64,000 nt of DNA from Zancudomyces culisetae HAW-14-8 (lineage: Eukaryota; Fungi; Kickxellomycota): positions 2,666,001-2,730,000 of the forward strand of contig JBNJNM010000006.1 of NCBI GenBank assembly GCA_052426225.1. The letters run 5' to 3'. A program made the position numbers and the translations under genes. The notes under the pieces were generated by a model. That model ran no database searches. It was not told where the DNA came from and was given only the letters and a program-made list of their open reading frames with translations. Of the stretch, positions 60,964 to 64,000 are shown one piece after another; the first letter of the stretch is position 1, and each line of letters begins with the position of its first letter.

Positions 60964-61320
60964 TGTCATAACCATAAAATATAATTAAATTCTAGACCGT
61001 TGTGTCTATTTATTTTATTGGTAAGTTTAAATTACGAATTTTAATTAATAAATTCGTAATTATCATTTCATGATTTTCTAAAACATTCTAGAAATTTTAT
61101 TATTACATAATAATTTTAATAATAAGTTCCTGTCTAGAAAATTTTGATTAGTAATCAAGCGATAGAAGCAATAATTTTTATTCAAGTTTCTAACTTTTTT
61201 ATAAGTATAAAAACCCTAGTTTTTTCCTTAAAATTTCTATTCCTTATCTGACAACAATTGTCTTATATATAAATAAAAAAAAATAGTACTAAACTAAATA
61301 TTCCTAAACCAGTTTTGACA
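60964..61320 (+). repeat. Putative 5' LTR (357 bp)
   Basis: Starts TGTCATAAC and ends GTTTTGACA (8/9 terminal inverted repeat). TATAAAAA at 61206; gag ATG 40 nt downstream. The 3' LTR is outside the window, so it cannot be compared. Confidence 0.75.
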
Positions 61321-61359
61321 GTTTGTCAGATCCATAACAGTTTACTACTATTCCAAGCC

Positions 61360-62318
61360 ATGTCGGACACACACATTGAAGATTTAGACGCACCAGTCAT
61401 GTTGACTGTCCGCGAGTACAACGAACTCCATCGCATGTTTAACCGTCTAGGAGACTTGCAAAGCCGTGTAGACTCTTTAGCCAACCCTGGACACGTTCAA
61501 TCCATGACCGTTTCTCGTGAACCCAGAGTAGCAGATCCCGAATACTATAATGGTAACAGAGATCATCTCCGCAATTTCATTTCACAAGTCAATCTCGTAA
61601 TCGAAGCACAGCCATCTCGGTTCCCTTCAGACAAGCAAAAAGTTGTTTTTGCATCTACCTTCGTGGTGCAGCCTTCTCGTGGCTACAACCCTACCTCGAG
61701 TCCCGTACACCGGTACCTATGCTTACAGATTTTGAACTATTTACTGAAGAACTACATAGAGTGTTTGGCAACCCACATCAAGCGTCTACTGCCGAAAGAC
61801 AATTAAGAAGGCTTCGCCAAACCAATTCTGCTGTCAACTACGCGACTGACTTCCGTCGCCTTTCTACGTTAACCAATTGGAACGACTCCGCCCTTTGTAG
61901 CCAATATTATGAAGGACTCAAGGATGAAGTCAAGGATCAACTGGCAAGATTTGACAGACCTGAAAACCTCAACGAACTAATTGATCTTTCTATCAAGGTA
62001 GACAACAGACTCTTTGAAAGACAATTAGAAAGAACCCATCGCAGCCGCTTCGCCTTTAACCAGCCTACAATACCCAGATCAGACCCTACAAGTCCACACC
62101 AACCACGCACACAGCCCATGGAAATTGACGGAACATCCACACGCCGCCCACCCATAACACCTGAAGAACGCCAAAGACGCCGTGACAACAACCTCTGCTT
62201 GTATTGTGGTAACCCTGACCACATCATAGCGATCTGTCCCAGACGCCCACAAAATAGATCCACAATTACTCTCGCTGCCACCACCACACAGGAAAACTCT
62301 CCAGCCCAGAACGTTTAA
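61360..62318 (+). pseudogene. gag: gag (PEG10/RTL-like capsid + CCHC nucleocapsid), broken by one frameshift at ~61655
   Basis: EPRVADPEYYNGNRDHLRNFISQV..KVVFAS, then YLRGAAFSWLQPYLE in the -1 frame; LRRLRQTNSAVNYATDFR, YYEGLKDEVKD, PMEIDG, CLYCGNPDHIIAIC. Confidence 0.9.
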
Positions 62319-62336
62319 AGGACGTACCTCTGGGCT
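62291..62336 (+). promoter_or_regulatory. Candidate -1 programmed ribosomal frameshift signal (slippery heptamer + stem-loop)
   Basis: G GAA AAC at 62291-62297 in gag phase, a 5-nt spacer, then AGCCCAGA-ACGTTT-AAA-GGACGT-ACC-TCTGGGCT. pol is in the -1 frame. Confidence 0.8.
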
Positions 62337-64000
62337 TTATCGAACATTACAAACCGTCCTCCCCTGGTCCAATCCCACAAGTCCTGAACCTTTATTCCAC
62401 TTCTTATCAACCGGAATCTACCCACCAAGATTTTGACGACTGCCTTATTAATTCTAAAATTTTTGAACCTGAACCTGAACCTGAACCTGAACCTGAATCT
62501 GAACCTGAATCTGAACCTGAACCTGAATCTGAACCTGAACCTGAATCTGAACCTGAACCTGAACCTGAATCTGAACCTGAACCTGAACCTGAACCTGAAC
62601 CTGAATCTGAACTTGAATCCTATATGTTATCTGAATATTCATCATACCTTGACTCCGATTCCGAAAATGAATTGGACCTCGAATCCCATCTCGTACTTAA
62701 TAATTTACCATCTGCAAGAACAAACTCGAACAACTTTGATGATATCAATACTTTTACAATTGATCAACCACTGACGTCTATAATGACTTCGACTACTAAC
62801 GAACATTTAGTAATCCCTGTTACCTTATTCATAGCCAACAAGAGCTTAAAACTAAATGCTATGATCGATTCCGGTGCCACTAGCTGTTTTATTGACTCCG
62901 AGTTTGCTATTAAAGTTAACATCCCGCTACTAAAGAAAGAAGTTCCTATCCCACTATTAGTAATCGATGGTAGATCAATTTCATCTGGATCTATCACTCA
63001 CAACACAATTCCTTTACAACTACAAACATATCACCATCACGAAACGATTAGTTTTGATGTAACTAAGTTAGGTAAATACTCATTGATTATTGGTATTAAC
63101 TGGCTTAAACTTCATAACCCACAAATCGAATGGCCTAAGGACAAACTGGATTTTAACTCAGAATTTTGCAAAAGTAATTGTAATAATCCTTTACAAATAT
63201 TTGCAAACATTAGTGATCTGGATAATGCTCCTATGAATCTCGTAAACCACAATCATATTGATTCGAAATATGTATCCATCCCCCCTGAATACCTAGACTT
63301 CCAAGATATATTCGACAAAACCTTCTCCGATCAATTACCTCCTCACAGGTCATACGACCATAAGATACCCTTAGAACCTAATTCGGTACCGCCATTTGGA
63401 CCCATATACTCCCTATCGGAACTAGAGTTATCGGCACTTAGAGAATATCTTAAGGAGAATTTAGATAAGGGCTTTATCCGATCTTCGTCGTCACCAGCCG
63501 GTGCACCTATACTATTTGTAAAGAAAAAGGATGGTTCGCTAAGGTTATGCGTAGACTACAGAGGGCTAAACAAAGTAACAATAAAGAATCGATATCCTCT
63601 ACCTCTTATCAGCGAACTCCTAGACAGATTCAGACAAGCTAAGATATTTACAAAGATAGATTTACGTGGCGCCTACAACTTAATAAGAATTGCTGAAGGC
63701 GAAGAATGGAAAACGGCATTCCGAACCCGGTATGGGCATTACGAATACCAGGTCATGCCTTTTGGCCTCTGCAACGCTCCTGCTTCTTTTCAACACCTTA
63801 TGAACGACGTTCTATCTGATTGTTTGGATAAATTCGCAGTAGCTTACTTAGATGATGTCCTTATATATAGTAACCACCTTGAAGATCACATCACTCACGT
63901 CCGAGAAGTACTTTCACGTCTACGAAAATACTCATTATATGCAAAATTAGAAAAATGCACATTTCATAAACGTAGCGTAGAGTTTTTAGGATACATTGTC
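62291..64000 (+). CDS. pol: pol (aspartic protease + reverse transcriptase), open to the window end
   Basis: One reading frame containing [72 protein letters not shown] and VEFLGYIV. Confidence 0.95.
62465..62608 (+). repeat. 24 tandem GAACCT/GAATCT hexamers encoding (EP/ES)24 in the pol frame
   Basis: 144 bp read directly, in frame. Confidence 0.93.

Larger units (their letters stand above)
60964..64000 (+). mobile_element. Ty3/gypsy LTR retrotransposon (Tf1/sushi-like), 5' half; continues beyond the window
   Basis: LTR, gag with CCHC knuckle, protease and RT in Ty3/gypsy order. Confidence 0.95.

Noticed and set aside
62433-62774. (LN)n and (QV)n ORFs
   Set aside because: Alternative frames of the hexamer repeat; the EP frame is the one continuous with protease and RT.

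Overview
AT-rich, intron-containing eukaryotic DNA. It is very likely fungal; gene content and low-complexity style suggest an early-diverging lineage such as Harpellales (inference). Bases 1-57.6 kb are a host-gene block: a partial DUF1752/AreA-N-type regulator, PHYHD1, a giant DH(-BAR) RhoGEF with a probable 1.7-kb intron, ARFRP1/Arl3, ACB1, MAM3/CNNM, ECH1, BUD22, NR2C2AP, a giant Bem2-like RasGEF-PH-RhoGAP, two small orphan ORFs, an 8-exon ARL1, a 7TM-RGS protein, SPC3 and SMC5. Bases ~58-64 kb are a transposon nest: a decayed gag relic, a dead DD34E Tc1 element with ~215-bp TIRs, and the 5' half of a Tf1/sushi-type Ty3/gypsy element with an apparent self-priming PBS and a -1 frameshift signal. 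The most unusual unexplained signal is a set of kilobase-scale purine/pyrimidine strand-skew domains. They flip inside long genes, are visible at synonymous sites and track the amino-acid composition. No rRNA, tRNA or CRISPR was recognised. All gene models were built by eye.
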